Positions 1 through 12,908 of a DNA stretch of 64,000 nt are shown here, in pieces. The stretch is taken from NCBI RefSeq assembly GCF_009914755.1, contig NC_060939.1. One strand, written 5' to 3'. Under the pieces are notes generated by a model. It did not search any database, was not told the origin of the DNA, and saw only the letters and a program-made list of their open reading frames with translations. Both the position numbers and the translations under genes were made by a program. Each line of letters starts with the position of its first letter. The first letter of the stretch is position 1. The stretch comes from the human T2T-CHM13v2.0 reference genome, Homo sapiens.

Positions 1-407
1 GTCACCTGATGGATTCTGTGCCCTGCTTAATCAAGCTGTGCTGTGCTCAACCTCCTTCATTGCTCTTGGTGTTCTAACCTGTTAGGATGATATTTGGGTT
101 CCAGAACCTGACTTCTACCTCATGTCTGTCTGTTTGCTTCCTTGCTTTCTCCTTATAGTATCCACCATTACCCAAGCTTCAGGAAAAAAAAAAAAAAGGA
201 AAACAGTAAAAATGTTAAGAACAAAATATCTGAGCATGGAATCCTATGGCCATCAAAAACTGGTGCCCACAAAATGGACCTTAATATGGTGTTTCTAAAA
301 TAAATAACCAAGGAGCCAAAAGCATTGCTAGTATTTGATGTTTAAGTTTCTAGAGTGACACTGATAAAGAAGTGTTCATATTCATATTCTCCATGAACAT
401 TCCCAGC

Positions 408-540
408 CAATCATTAAATAAGAAAATATTTATTGAGCACCTACTTACTAGGGTTAAGACATCACGCTAAATACTGTGGTGATCTAATTCATTATGGCAT
501 ATTACCAATCCCTTCTAAGGACTTACATTCAATCTGGGGG
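408..540 (-). mobile_element. L2 3' end fragment
   Basis: aatatttattgagcacctact is the typical antisense L2 terminus. Confidence 0.6.
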
Positions 541-1962
541 TGACTGATGAAGTGAAAAATGGCAGGGAGGGAGGGATGGAGGGAAGAAGGAAGAAAGGAA
601 AAGAATTAAAAAAGGCATGTAATAGGTGTGTTCCTATTGCCAACTTAGAACTAGCATCAGGGTACTCATTTCTTTCAGGACAATTGTTTGGTACCTCAGC
701 TCCTCAAAAAGTTCTTTCTCTGGATTAAAACAAGGAGAATATTCTTGCAATGTTTCTTTCTGTCCCGTGTGGTGTCTCATTCCCAGATCACTGTGATGTC
801 ATCTGTTGTTGATTATCTCTTGGTTCCTGAAGAATCCTTTGTCCTCATGGAAACACCCATACCCAGTTCCCAAAATCTTCCAATAGCTTAAAAATATCTC
901 CCCTCTGCTCCTTCCACAGACTCCACCTGTGCACTGTGGATAGTCTACCATTCTCAGACCTCCCTACCTTGGCAGAATGTGCATAGGGAGGACCTGGAAG
1001 GAGCCAGTACTTTCTCATGTCACCATCAGGAAGTGGTCCCTACACCACTTGGGGCCATTTGCTCAGCTGCTGCTCACCTCCAGTGCCCACAGAAGTCTAT
1101 TCTTGAGCTTCTCACTGCTCTTTTGCTTCTCCCTATATGTCTGTGACCCTATGCCCCAGGTTGCCAGTAAGGGACTATTCACTCTGCTCTGGTCTAGGGG
1201 AAGGTGTTTTCTCACAGGCAATTTCTTATCTTTAGCTGACACCCGGTTCTAGAACTCAGTCCCTTATTCCTCCCTCTGCCACAGCCATTCCAGGGTTACT
1301 GGCTTCTAGTCTCTGTTCCTCCAGCCAAACCTTTCTGATTCTCACCAGAAGATTTACTTTTTCCTGGATTAAGGAAAGATGTTACAAATGGAAAGAAAAC
1401 TAGAAGGTACCATATGGTAAGTGACAAGCTAGTTAAAATGGGTTTTAAGGTCCACAGGAGTTGAAATATCCAGGAATCACCATGAATGGGAGGGACCCCG
1501 AACTCTGGGGTTCAACCTGGGTCACAAAAGATGAATCACATTGAGATAAATGCATAAAAGCAGGAAAAACACTCTGGAAGGTATAGACACTGCAAGCAAA
1601 GGCAGAAAAACAGGGCAGGAGAAAATGCCAGCATGAACCAAGACAGGATTGCTCCAGGTTCTTTCGGGAAAAGTAAAAAAAAAACTTCAGTTGTTGGAAG
1701 CACAGTCTTTTCTTCATTCTTCAGGGCTCTTCTCCAGTGTCATTCTCCCTGAAGCTTTTCCTAGAGCTCACAAACACATGGACACTGTCATATGCAACCT
1801 CATTTACTCACCTAGTGATGCTTCAATGCATTTCAATTTGTGAGCATTTTTCTCATCTCTCTTACCTCATTACAAGCTTCATCAGGTGGTATATTTTGGA
1901 CTTTATGGAAACATTAATAACTTGATACCTATAATGTATGTGCCTATCACTTAACACACAAC

Positions 1963-2088
1963 TAGGGTGGCCATATGATTTATCTTCCAAAATAGGACAC
2001 TTTGAGGAATAAATGGGGATTAAAGAATAATCCAAGATACTAGGCATTAACCAGTGCTATCCCAGGCTAGCAGGATATACGATTACCC
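1963..2088 (-). mobile_element. MER81-like hAT MITE
   Basis: Starts tagggtggccatat, ends atacgattaccct (TIRs); internal ccaaaataggacactttgag matches recalled MER81. Confidence 0.7.
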
Positions 2089-2299
2089 TCCTCAAAACAA
2101 ACGTCTACCTATGCAATCAAAGGCTGATGATCAATTAAAGGATGTCAAAAAGGTCTTAGGTTTAAGTTGGTTGAGGGGACTGCCTGGTAGTGGCACTTGT
2201 GCTGCCTCCGTGTTTCTGCCTAAGGTGGCTACACTCTACTGAATGTCTAGCCATTTGCTACTACCAAAAAGAAGACGTGCTCCTTTAATTGCATATGTA

Positions 2300-2800
2300 T
2301 TCTATAAACAAGCAATAACTACATCCAGACACTGTGTGAGATGTTGGTAATACCCAAGTAAAAAAGCATAGTCCTCTGTCCTCAGAGCTCACAGTCTGAC
2401 AAGAGTTCATTCATTCATTCAACAAATATTTATTAAGAGCCTATCATGCATCAAGCCAGGTGGTGGGAAAAACTTCCTTGGTCCTTGCCCTGATGAAGCT
2501 CCGAGATTGCAATCCTGGCAGCAGAATGAGAATGGGCCATTAATAAAGGTATTTATGAGATACAATGTTGGCCCAAATGAGGGAGGTAGCAGTTGTGCTT
2601 GAATGGGTTAGTGGGACTTAAGAGGAGAAAAAAAATGGAGAAGTTATCACCCAGCAGAAGAGGAAAAGATAGTTCATGCAGAGGAAACAGCACAAGAAAA
2701 GACTTAGAGGAAGGAAACAGCAAAGTCAGCAAGGAGAGTGGAGGGTAGGCAGGGGTTAGACCATGGTGGAGCTCAGTGGCCAAGCTGAGGACTTTACATG
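2300..2800 (-). mobile_element. L2 fragments (two 3' ends)
   Basis: ttcattcattcattcaacaaatatttattaagagcct at ~2406 followed by purine-rich L2 body. Confidence 0.7.
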
Positions 2801-4028
2801 TGACCCATTAGACAACTGGGTGACATCAAAACTCAACATCAGGGCCATGCCATAATCATATGTGTATTTTAGATAGATTGTTTCGAGGGACTCACTGCAA
2901 GTCCTCCAAGAGTTAATCTGCATGAACTCAATGTAGACAGTAGCCCATCACATATGCTACCTGCCCTTTCTTGCCTATCCAAGGTTCCTGGATACAGGAG
3001 GGCAGTACAGGCCCCCAGACTGCCCTTGTGCCTGCAGAAACATCAAAGTTTTCCAAAATGCTCTCTTCTAGATGCAGAGTGTGTTTTCACAAACCAGAAC
3101 CCTAACGTGTAGAATCTATGTAAGATTCCAGGAAAGTCATCCAAATAAGTCTTTCAATAGTGCTGGAGAGAAATCATGAAAACAAAGCCTTGCCAGGCTG
3201 TTGTAATACTCCAGATTAGTTGATGGCTGAATTATTATGCAAATTTGAGCCCCCATGACCTAGGAATACATAACCTCTCTAAAATAGCACAATTATAAGA
3301 CTTGATATTATGCTATGCCCATTTTCCAGTCATCTAGAGTGGTGAGTCTATCTCATCCAGAATGGACATGGATGAGAGTTACTCTCAATGTCAAATGATC
3401 TGCTAGCTGCCACTGGTCATGTCTCCCCATCCCGGCATTCTCCTACTGACTCCAGACTGGCCTCATCCTCTCTCTTTTGGGCAGCAGCTTGTGTGCTACA
3501 TAGTCTGCTTATTCAATACAAACCAATTTTTGATCTTAGGCCTAAAGCTTAGAGTTCTTCAGTATATATAGATTTTGCTTCACTCATAAAGACTATGCAA
3601 GGAATGACAACTAGGCAGTTCCCCAGAGTTCCAAAATGACCCAGATGCCTCACACCAACACAGGATAATTCTGGAAAAGTCTCTCAGAGACTGAGAATAC
3701 AGTTTCCTAATACTTTCACAAAGAAATAAAACGCAACAGGGATTTCAAATAATCTGCTAGAAATTATCTAAGCATCTCTCTGTAGCCCTCTTTCTCCCCA
3801 TCAGTAGAGACCACAGATCTTGGCCCACTAATGCACACTGGCAGAACGTCAAGTTGTTTTATTTTTCTATAGCTAATGAATCTGCTTCCAGATCCCATTC
3901 TGCTCCTTGGAAAAGACTTTGACAATTTAGAGTAAACTGAGTCCATTCAAAGTTTTCTCGGTACAGTCATGGAATAACCTCCTTCTCTCCTTGGGTTTGG
4001 GTCTAAGTTGATTATGTCTACGTAGAGC

Positions 4029-4178
4029 CAGGGACGGCTGCATAATTTGTCAGGCCCCTTGTTCAAAAATCATTAAGAATTTCAGGACAGTAATAGCAGA
4101 GCATTAAACCAACCACTAGGACCTCTAAGAATGAACGCTACGTAACTATATAGATCATGAGCTCAGGAAGCAGGTCTT
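4029..4178 (-). mobile_element. MER45A-like hAT MITE
   Basis: cagggacggctgcataatttg...ggccccttgttcaaaaatcattaagaatttcaggacag...agagcattaaacca. Confidence 0.75.
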
Positions 4179-4819
4179 TCATACTATCATGAGATTGGGA
4201 TCTACTTTATGCTGGCTTCAGCTAAGAAGGCCACAGTCCATCCAGAATTCAGATCAGTGGTCCAAGCTGGTCTCTGAGACAGCATCCTCATTCCAACCTC
4301 AAGACCACTCCAGGCATATATCAAGGCTGAGCTGCTTTTAGATGCATGATGACCCATTGACCCTTGGCCCTTGCCATATTGGCACAAGTATTGTAAGGAC
4401 AACTAGTTTTTTTGTCACATCATCCAATTAGTCATCTCTATTTCTCTTTTGCTCTGTTCAGCATTCCCCTGCTCCCCAAGCCTAAATAAGGTGGAGAGGG
4501 ACACTCCTTTATTCTTAGATCCCCAAAGCTCTCTGAAGGGTCTGGCAACTCAAACCTTCAGCTATTGGCTATGCTCAGCCCAAAAAGAGCAGGGGACAGG
4601 GTCCCTTTATAGAGATCCACATCAGTATTACTGTCTGGCTCTATCTCCCCAATATTTATTTGTCTTTTAAAATTCACCTTTTAAGAGTCAAGACAGGACA
4701 TGGTAGCAGAGATATCACGCTGTCTTTAGCACATGGGATCTCAGTTTTAAAAGCTCATAATTTACTTTATATTGTTACCTAAGTTCTCCTGTAGTCCCCA
4801 TTCCCTGGAGTAATGGATT

Positions 4820-5500
4820 CACTCATTTGTTGATTTGTTCAATCAAAAATAAATCAATTAAACACTCTAGTTGCTAAGCACTGACTTTTAGTATTGGAAA
4901 TATTATGGGAGACAAGACAGACAATGTTCTCATGAGACTTATTTTCTAGAGAGGGGTCAGCAAATGATGACCTGCAGACCAAGCCTCGCCTACTGCCTGT
5001 TTTTGTAAATGCAGCTTTAGTGGAACACAGCCACGCCCATTCATTTCCATATTGTTATGACTGCTACAACAGCAGGGCTGAGTTGTTGCAACAGAGACCA
5101 TATGGCCAGCAAAGACTAAAATATTTATCTTGTCCTTTCAGAGTAAGTTTGCAAACTATTGTTCTGGTAAATGGGCGAGACAGTGAGTAAACAGGTTTTT
5201 AAAATACATAATGTATAAGATCAAGTAGTCACGAACTCTATAAAAAAGAAAACGAGGTTGGAGTATTGAGAATTATGGGGTGGCTGGTATGGGGAAGGCT
5301 ATTTCAGATAGGCTGGTCAGAAAAGTGTTTTCTGAAGTGTTGGCATCAGAGCTCAGATGGAAAGGTGAGAGAAGGAACCACAGGAGTACCTGAGAGAATA
5401 AAGGACGCAAATGCCCTGAAGAACAGAATTAGCTTATCCTACTTGGAAATCCCACTCAGCAAAGCCTAGTTGGAATGGAGTAGGGCCAAGGAGTAGAAGA
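4820..5500 (-). mobile_element. L2 interrupted by MER58A
   Basis: L2-like antisense sequence on both sides of the MITE. Confidence 0.6.
4951..5161 (+). mobile_element. MER58A hAT MITE
   Basis: aggggtcagcaaa...ctgcctgtttttgtaaat...ggaacacagccacgcccattcattt...aaaatattta. Confidence 0.85.
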
Positions 5501-5834
5501 AAATATATATTGTGTAATATATCAAAATCATATCGCATTATATGTCTTTGCTTTTTCTGGCCTTGATAATGGTAAATTTCAGAGGATGGTGACAGCCAGG
5601 AAAACATTCACAACCATTTTTGGACTGCTTCCTTTTCCACAGCTTCCATTTATAGATCATTTCTTGTCTTTTTATCTGTAGATAAACTATAAATGTTGGA
5701 AAATATTAGAAAGAAACACTACATGAATAACACTACAGTTCATCTGATGAACTGACCATAAATGAGGGACATAGCACCCCAGTTCCCCTACCCACCATCA
5801 ACGTGACTTAAAATAGAAGACACTCTTTAGTTTG

Positions 5835-6010
5835 CTGTAATGGAAAGAGGGTGGGCTTGGGTGTCACACAGATGCTTTCTTGGCTGACAAGCAATTTACC
5901 TTCTCTGAGCCACAATTTTCTAATCCAGAAAATGAGGTTAATAATACCAGCCTTGGGGATTTTTATAAAGAATAAATGGCATAGTGCATGAGAAAGTCAC
6001 TGGCTGGATT
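5835..6010 (+). mobile_element. MIR SINE
   Basis: Core ttctctgagccacaattttctaatccagaaaatgagg. Confidence 0.7.
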
Positions 6011-6424
6011 CCTGGGTGCTAACTGGATGCGAGTCCCCCAGTCTCACCCTTCCTCCCTGCCTTGTTTGCCAGTAGCACAGCACAGCTTGTATGATTCATG
6101 ACCTAACTCTCGCTCCTTCTGATCCTTGATCAGTCTGTCTAGTGTCTCCAGAGGCAGCGTCACCTGCCCTCGCTGTATGGGCAGTGTTGACATGAGAGAT
6201 GAGCAGTGCCCGCTCGTACCTCGTTGATGCCTCGGAGTGGGCAATGGATTAGCCTTTGAGTACAGACATTTTACTTCTCCCTCCAGAGGCTTCTCTGCTT
6301 GAGCCTGCCCAGCCTGCTTTTAGACTGTGCTAAAATCACTGGCCAATTTGATTAAGTTGGAAAAGAAAGAAACAGCCTTTTGACTGAAATTGATGAATGA
6401 TTTCAGATTATCTAGGCCTGAGGG

Positions 6425-6703
6425 GATCTGAGTCTAGCAGCATCAGCATCACCCAGGAGCTTATTAGAAGTACAGATTCTCAGGTCACATCCCAGGCCCA
6501 CAGACTCAGAATTTCCATTTTAACAAAAGCCTTCTGTGATCTACATGCACATTAAAGTTTGAGGACCACTGGGATAGACTAGGGGTTCTTAATCTAGCTT
6601 TTACACAGGTGACTTGATCCCATCCTGAAGTGTTTCCCTTAGTCTGCTAATTTTTGAATGTGTCATGGATGATTCTCATGTGCAGCCAGGGTTGAGAACC
6701 ACT
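6425..6703. mobile_element. Two adjacent MER5-family MITEs
   Basis: agcagcatcagcatcacccaggagctt...aaagtttgaggaccactg, then gattctcatgtgcagccagggttgagaaccact. Confidence 0.7.
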
Positions 6704-7141
6704 AGTTTGTGTCAACTTCTCATAAGGCTCAGCAGAATTATAGGTCGGGCTCAAAATTGCACAGTGGATGTCTAACAGAATTGGGATTAGAACTATAACC
6801 TCCAAATGCCCAGTGTTACATTAATTACTTTGTGTCCCATTGCCCCTCCCTGTGCAGATGGGTAAGGATGTATGTTCACTTTTATAATGTCTGTAAATTG
6901 ATCATGGCAAACAGTTTCAGAATTCACACTTCTAAGTCATCAAATCTATGCAAATCAAACTCTCAAAAAGGCTGTACTGCAAAATTTTCACTCAAGTTTA
7001 TAAATGAGAACAGGAGATTTTCTGAAATATCTCCACCACGTATCTCTCTGAATGAAGTTTGATAGCCAGTTCTTTTTCCTAGAATACTGTGTATTTAACT
7101 AACTCCTTTCTTCTAATAACCACCTTCTTCTGCTTGTTTAA

Positions 7142-7494
<353 letters not shown>

Positions 7495-7574
7495 AATTAT
7501 ACTTTCTTTTTAACCATCTCTATGATTTCCCTAAAAATGGACTTCCTTCCTATCAACATCCCTGTTTGATCATG

Positions 7575-7972
7575 TGGATCTCGTGAAGGAGAGCGGCAGA
7601 GATAGTGCTTAGCAAATAGTCCAGGTTTCCATCTCCACATTCTGCAACCACTTGCAGATAGACTGAAGCCATGTGACTAGTTCATGCAAACGGACCCTGA
7701 GCAGAAGTTTTCTGTATCACTGCTCGGCTGAGACATTTAAGAGACAGCCTGCTAGCTCCATCTCTATCTTCTGGGGGGAAAACTTGGAAGCTATGTGTTT
7801 ATATGGTACTGTCACAAAGTTAAGAGAACCTGGATTCCTGTGCCACCAGATGGAAGAGAGTCTCCACCCACCCACATTGGATACAATGGGAGTGAGAAAT
7901 AAATGTGTTGTGCTACACTACTAGACTAGAGGGGTTGTAGGTAGCAGCAGCTGGCATTGCATAAGAAGTACA
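7575..7972 (+). mobile_element. MLT1 (I/J-like) solo LTR
   Basis: gccatgtgactagttc...gagcagaag...gtgagaaataaatg MaLR motifs. Confidence 0.65.
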
Positions 7973-7978
7973 TGACAC

Positions 7979-8140
7979 TAGTGTTTCTCAAACTTTAAAG
8001 TGCATGTGAATCATCTAAGGATCTTGTTAAAATATTAAATTTCAGCAGGTCTGGGAGGGATCTGAGACTCTGCATTTCTTATAAGCTCCCACTACTATCA
8101 ATGCTACTGGTCCTTGGACAACAAATTGGCTAGGAGGATA
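7979..8140 (-). mobile_element. MER5A MITE
   Basis: gtgtttctcaaactttaaagtgcatgtgaatcatc...ctgcatttcttataagctccc. Confidence 0.75.
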
Positions 8141-9184
8141 CTAAAGCATTCTTCATTGCTCTATAATAGTTGTACACATATTTTCTCTAACTAGACCATC
8201 AGGTCTTTTTGGCACATTTCAGTATTCCTGCCACAAACACATTGAAAAAAGTTGAAGAAGATCAAAAATTGCACATTAAGGCCCTCTGAAAATTCCCTCC
8301 TTCATAAAAGCAATGAGAAAACTGGCAAAAACTTGAAAAACAATTAACTTTTTCAGAAGGCTGGAAGTTAGCTAAAAGTTTGCAGAAATCCGGGGATCAC
8401 TTATGCAAGAAAACTGGCAGAATCTCAGTAAGAACAGTAAGCTCTGTGGCATTTTAACTTGTCCTAGTTCCTCTGCCCATTCTCCAGCTCTATATTCATC
8501 TTGAAAAATAACTGATCAGATAGATTCACAATGAAAACCACTATTCTGGCATCCAGTGAGGGGAGCAAAAGAGGATGTGGCTCTTTCAAAGCCTTATTCT
8601 CAGAAAATTGTCAAATAAAAAACTGCACCAAAATGAAAGATAAAATAAGACATTTCTGGATAAACAAAAACTGATCATTTCTTGCTAGCAGACCTGACTT
8701 AACAAGAAATACTAAAGGGTTGCAAATATTATTGCAAATATATATTATTGCAAAAAGCAATAATATATATTGGGCACAAGATAAACACAAAAGTCCACTG
8801 TATTTTTATATACTAGCAATGAACAATCTGAAACTAAAAAAAATAATTCAAATAATTCAAATTTGCAATATTATCAAATAACAGGAATAATTCAATAAAA
8901 GAAGTGCAATACATGTACACTGTAATCTAGAAAAACATTGTTAAAAAAATTAATGAAGATCTACATAAATGAGAATACATCTCATGTTCATGGATTGGAA
9001 GTCTTAATATTGTTAAGATGACAATTAAGCCCAAATAGATTTAGAGATGAATGCAATCTCTATCAAAATCTCCCACTGGCTTTAATAGAAATTGCTAAGC
9101 TGATTCTAAAAATACTACAGGCATTCAAGGGTTTCAGAATAACCAAAAGAATCTTGGAAAGAGCAAAGTTGGACGACACATTCC

Positions 9185-9312
9185 ATATATATATTTATAT
9201 ATATGTATTTTATATTTATATATTTTATATTTATATATATTTATATATATTTTATATTTATATATATTATATTTATATATATTTTATATTTATATATATA
9301 TATATATATATA
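9185..9312. repeat. (TA)n/(TATATTT)n microsatellite derived from Alu tail
   Basis: ~128 bp of almost pure A/T abutting the Alu 3' end. Confidence 0.95.
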
Positions 9313-9606
9313 TTTTTTGGGGGGATTAGCTTTTGCTCTGTCACCCAGGCTGGAGTCCAGTGGTGCAATCATGGCTCACTGCCACCTCGAAGTCCTGGGT
9401 TCAAATGATCCTCTTGTCTCAGCCTACTGAGTAGCTGGGACTACAAGCATGCACCACCAAACCCTGCTAATTTAAAAAAAAAAAAAAAGTAGACATGGGG
9501 TCTTGCTATGTTGCCCAGACTGGTCTTGAACTCCTGGCTTCAAGCAATCCTCCCACCTTGGCCTACTAAGGTGATGGATTATGTACATGAGCCAACATGC
9601 TTGACC
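9313..9606 (-). mobile_element. AluJ (Jo-like) inside L1MB
   Basis: ggggtcttgctatgttgccc, caagcaatcctcccacc AluJ diagnostics. Confidence 0.92.
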
Positions 9607-11186
9607 AGAATAGCCTTTTTAATAAATGGTGTTGAGACAATAGGACATCCACATGCAAAATATGAACTTGGACCAACTGCAACCTTACTGTATATATAAA
9701 AATTAACTAAAAATGAATAAAAGGCTTAAAAGTAAGAACTACAACTATAAAACTCTTAGAAGAAAACAAAACCATACATCTTTATGATGTTGGGTTAGAA
9801 AATGGCTTCTTGCATCTGACACCAAAAGCAACATGCACCAAAAGAAAAAATAGAGAAACTGAACTTCATCAAAATTAAACTTTTGTGCACCAAATAAAAA
9901 ATTAAGTGAAAAAGAAACTCAAAGAATATGAGAAATATTTTAAAATCATTTATCTGATAGTATCTACAACATACAAATAACTTAAAATTCAACAATAAAG
10001 AGACAAATAGCCAAGTTTTTTAAAAATGGGCAAAGGACATGAAAAAATATTTCTCTAGAAGAAGATATACAAAGATAAGCATGGCCAATTACTATCACCA
10101 TCATTAGTTATTAAGGAAATGCAAATCAAAATCACAATGAGAACCTACTTCACATTCACAAGGATGGCTATAATAAAAAAGACAATAACAAGTCTTGGTG
10201 AAGATGTTGGGAAGTTGGAACCCTCATACGTTGCTGGTGGAAATACAAAGGATGTATCCACTCTGGAAGCAGTGTGGCAGTTTCTCAAAAAGTGAAACAT
10301 ACAGTTACCATATTGCTCAACAATTCTACTCCTAGATACATACCAACGAAAATTTAAAATATAGTTCCACAAAGAAACTTGTACAAAAATATTCATAGTA
10401 GCATTATTATTATAAAAGTGGAAACAGCCCAATGTCCATCAGCTGACAAATGGCTAAATGAAATGTGGTACATCTACATAATAAATTGTTATTCAATTAT
10501 GCTATAATATGTATGAAGCTTGAAAATATGGTGCTAAGTGAAAGAAGCCCAATGCAAAAGGTCAGATAGTGTATAATTTATATTAAATGTCTAGTATAGA
10601 CAAATCTATAGAAGTAGAAAGATTAGTGGTTACCAAGGACTAACGGAGAGGAGAATTGGCTGCTGGTGAGTCCTCATGATAGAGAGTTTGTTTTTGAGGT
10701 GATGAAATTATTCTGGAATTAGAGTGGTGGTGATTGTACAATCTTATGAATTTACTGAAAATCACTGGATTGTACACTATGAAAGGGAGAGATTTATGGT
10801 ATACAAATATTTTCATAAAATTACCAAAGGAACCAGATACAACTTTTTATGTTAACAGGTGTAACTGAATGAAATAAAAACAAAATGCAAACAAAATGAA
10901 AGCTGAATAGGAAGCAGGAGGAAAGGAGAATGTGTTGTATTTGATTAACAGCATTACTCTCCTAGAATTCCCCAAATAAGCTTTGTTTTTCAGATTTTTC
11001 ATATGCTGTTTCTTCCCTGAAGGACTTTTTTTTTTTCACTCTGGTCTGCCCTGGAAAACAATTTCTTAACCTCAAAATTCGGCTCCAATATGAATCGTTC
11101 CAGCCTCTCCCATGCATTTAGTCCCATTTTCCCACATTGTCATAGAACTTTATACAAGCTTTCATGGTAGTGAATATGCATTTTCA

Positions 11187-11800
11187 TTTCTTATTGAGGC
11201 CTAATTTATATATAGCAGAGTGCACAAATCCTAAGTGTAATGATCCATGTATATCTGACTCTGTATACGATGATATATCTACCCCCAGATCAAGATATAG
11301 CTTTTGAAACTCCAGGAAGTCTGCCTTGTGCCTCTCCCAGTTAGATAATCAAAGAGAATCACTCTTCTGACTTCTATCCAAATAGATCAGTTTTGCCTGT
11401 TTTTGAACTTCATATCCATGAACTCATGCAATATGTGTTCTTTAAAGTTTAAATTCTTCATTTAACACTCTGAAATTCATGAATGTATGCACGTAGCATT
11501 TATTTTTCATTGCTATATAATATTTCACTGTATTAACACATCACAATTTATCTATCCTTTCAAAGGTTGATAGATGATTAACTTTATTTCCATTCTGAGG
11601 CTATTATGAATTAAGTTTCCAGGAAACTTCCTATGTATGCCTTTTAGAAGACATAAGCACTCATTTCTGTTGGGTATAAACTCAGGAGTAGAAATGCTGG
11701 ATCATAATACATCAATATGTTTTGCTTTACTAAGTACGGAGAAACAGTTTTCCAAATTGGCTGTCCCGTTCTGCAACCCCAGAACAATGCATGAGAGCAT
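11187..11800 (-). mobile_element. L1ME-like 3' fragment
   Basis: ttattgagg...gtgcacaaatcctaagtgta...cagatcaagatatag...ttttgcctgtttttgaacttcatat. Confidence 0.8.
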
Positions 11801-11933
11801 GGAACTGTGTTTTAATCGCCTGTCACCCCACTCCACTGTTGGCACTTTGAGGGCATATACTCTTTCACTCTGTGTCCCAAATACACGGTTGGACGTGGAG
11901 AAGATAGGAAATGATGCCACCAATACCCTATCC

Positions 11934-12152
11934 CAGGGACCAGGAAACCTTTTCTGTAAAGGGCCAGACAGCAAATATTTTAAGCTGTGCAAAGCATACT
12001 GTCTGTGTTGCAACTACCTACCTCACCACTGTAGCTACAGTAGCTATACATGATTTATAAACAAATGAACATGGATGTGTGCCAATAAGACTTTATTCAT
12101 AAAAACAAGTGACAAGTTGGAGTTGGCCTGTGGTTCATAGTTTACCAAGCCC
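11934..12152 (-). mobile_element. MER58A hAT MITE
   Basis: aaaccttttctgtaaagggccagacagcaaatattttaag...ccaataagactttatt. Confidence 0.85.
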
Positions 12153-12169
12153 CACAATCCTCAATCCCA

Positions 12170-12908
12170 CCCCCATCATTCTCTGACCTCAACTCCCACC
12201 ACAATTCCCCCTGCTCTCTTCCACAGAGCCACACTGGTCTCCAGCACACTCCCACCCCAGGGTCTCTTCATTTCCAGACCCTCTGTCTGGAATGTTCTTT
12301 CATCAGATTTGCCTGGGTGGTCACCACCTCATCTCTTCAGCTCTTTAGTCAAATGTGACATTTTTGGTAATATTTCCTCATATTTCTTTACTATTTTTTT
12401 TTGTTTTGTTTGCTTGCTTTGGAGACAGTTTTGCTGTTGTCACCCAGGCTATAGTGCAATGGTGCAATATCAGCTCACTGTAACCTCTGCCTCTTGGATT
12501 CAGGAGATTCTCCTGCCTCAGCCTCCTGAGTAGCTGGGATTACAAGAATCTGCCACCACGCCCAGCTAATTTTTGTAATTTTAGTAGAGACGGGGTTTTG
12601 CCATGTTGGTCAGACTGGTCTCGAAGTCATAACCTCAGGAGATCCACCCACTTTGGCCTCCCAAAGTGCTGGGATTACAGGCATGAGCTACTGCGTCCAG
12701 AATTTCTTTCCTATTTTTCTCCATAGCGTTTATTACCATCTAACGCATCATGTTTTTTAATATTTTGTGTCTTATCTATATCATCACCCCCCAACACAAA
12801 CAGATGAAGAGTGGTTTTTGACTTCTTTTTTTCATTCAGTGATGTATTCCCAGCACCTCAGTGTCTAGCTCATAGTAGATGCCTGGTATGTATTTGTTGA
12901 ATGTGTGA
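12170..12908 (+). mobile_element. L2 3' portion interrupted by Alu
   Basis: ctctgtctggaatgttcttt...; ends tatttgttgaatg. Confidence 0.7.
12394..12701 (-). mobile_element. AluS (Sq/Sp-like)
   Basis: Full dimer; TSD atttcttt(a/c)ctattttt. Confidence 0.95.

Larger units (their letters stand above)
8270..10822 (+). mobile_element. Old L1 (L1MB-like), internally deleted: 5' region, ORF1 end, ORF2 3' part, 3' UTR
   Basis: ORF1-end motif ttgctagcagacctgac...aagaaatactaaagg; ORF2 tgttcatggattggaag...aatattgttaagatg; 3' UTR gattgtacactatgaaaggg. Confidence 0.85.

Noticed and set aside
9154-9430. Tyr/Ile-rich ORFs
   Set aside because: Translation of a TA microsatellite and antisense Alu
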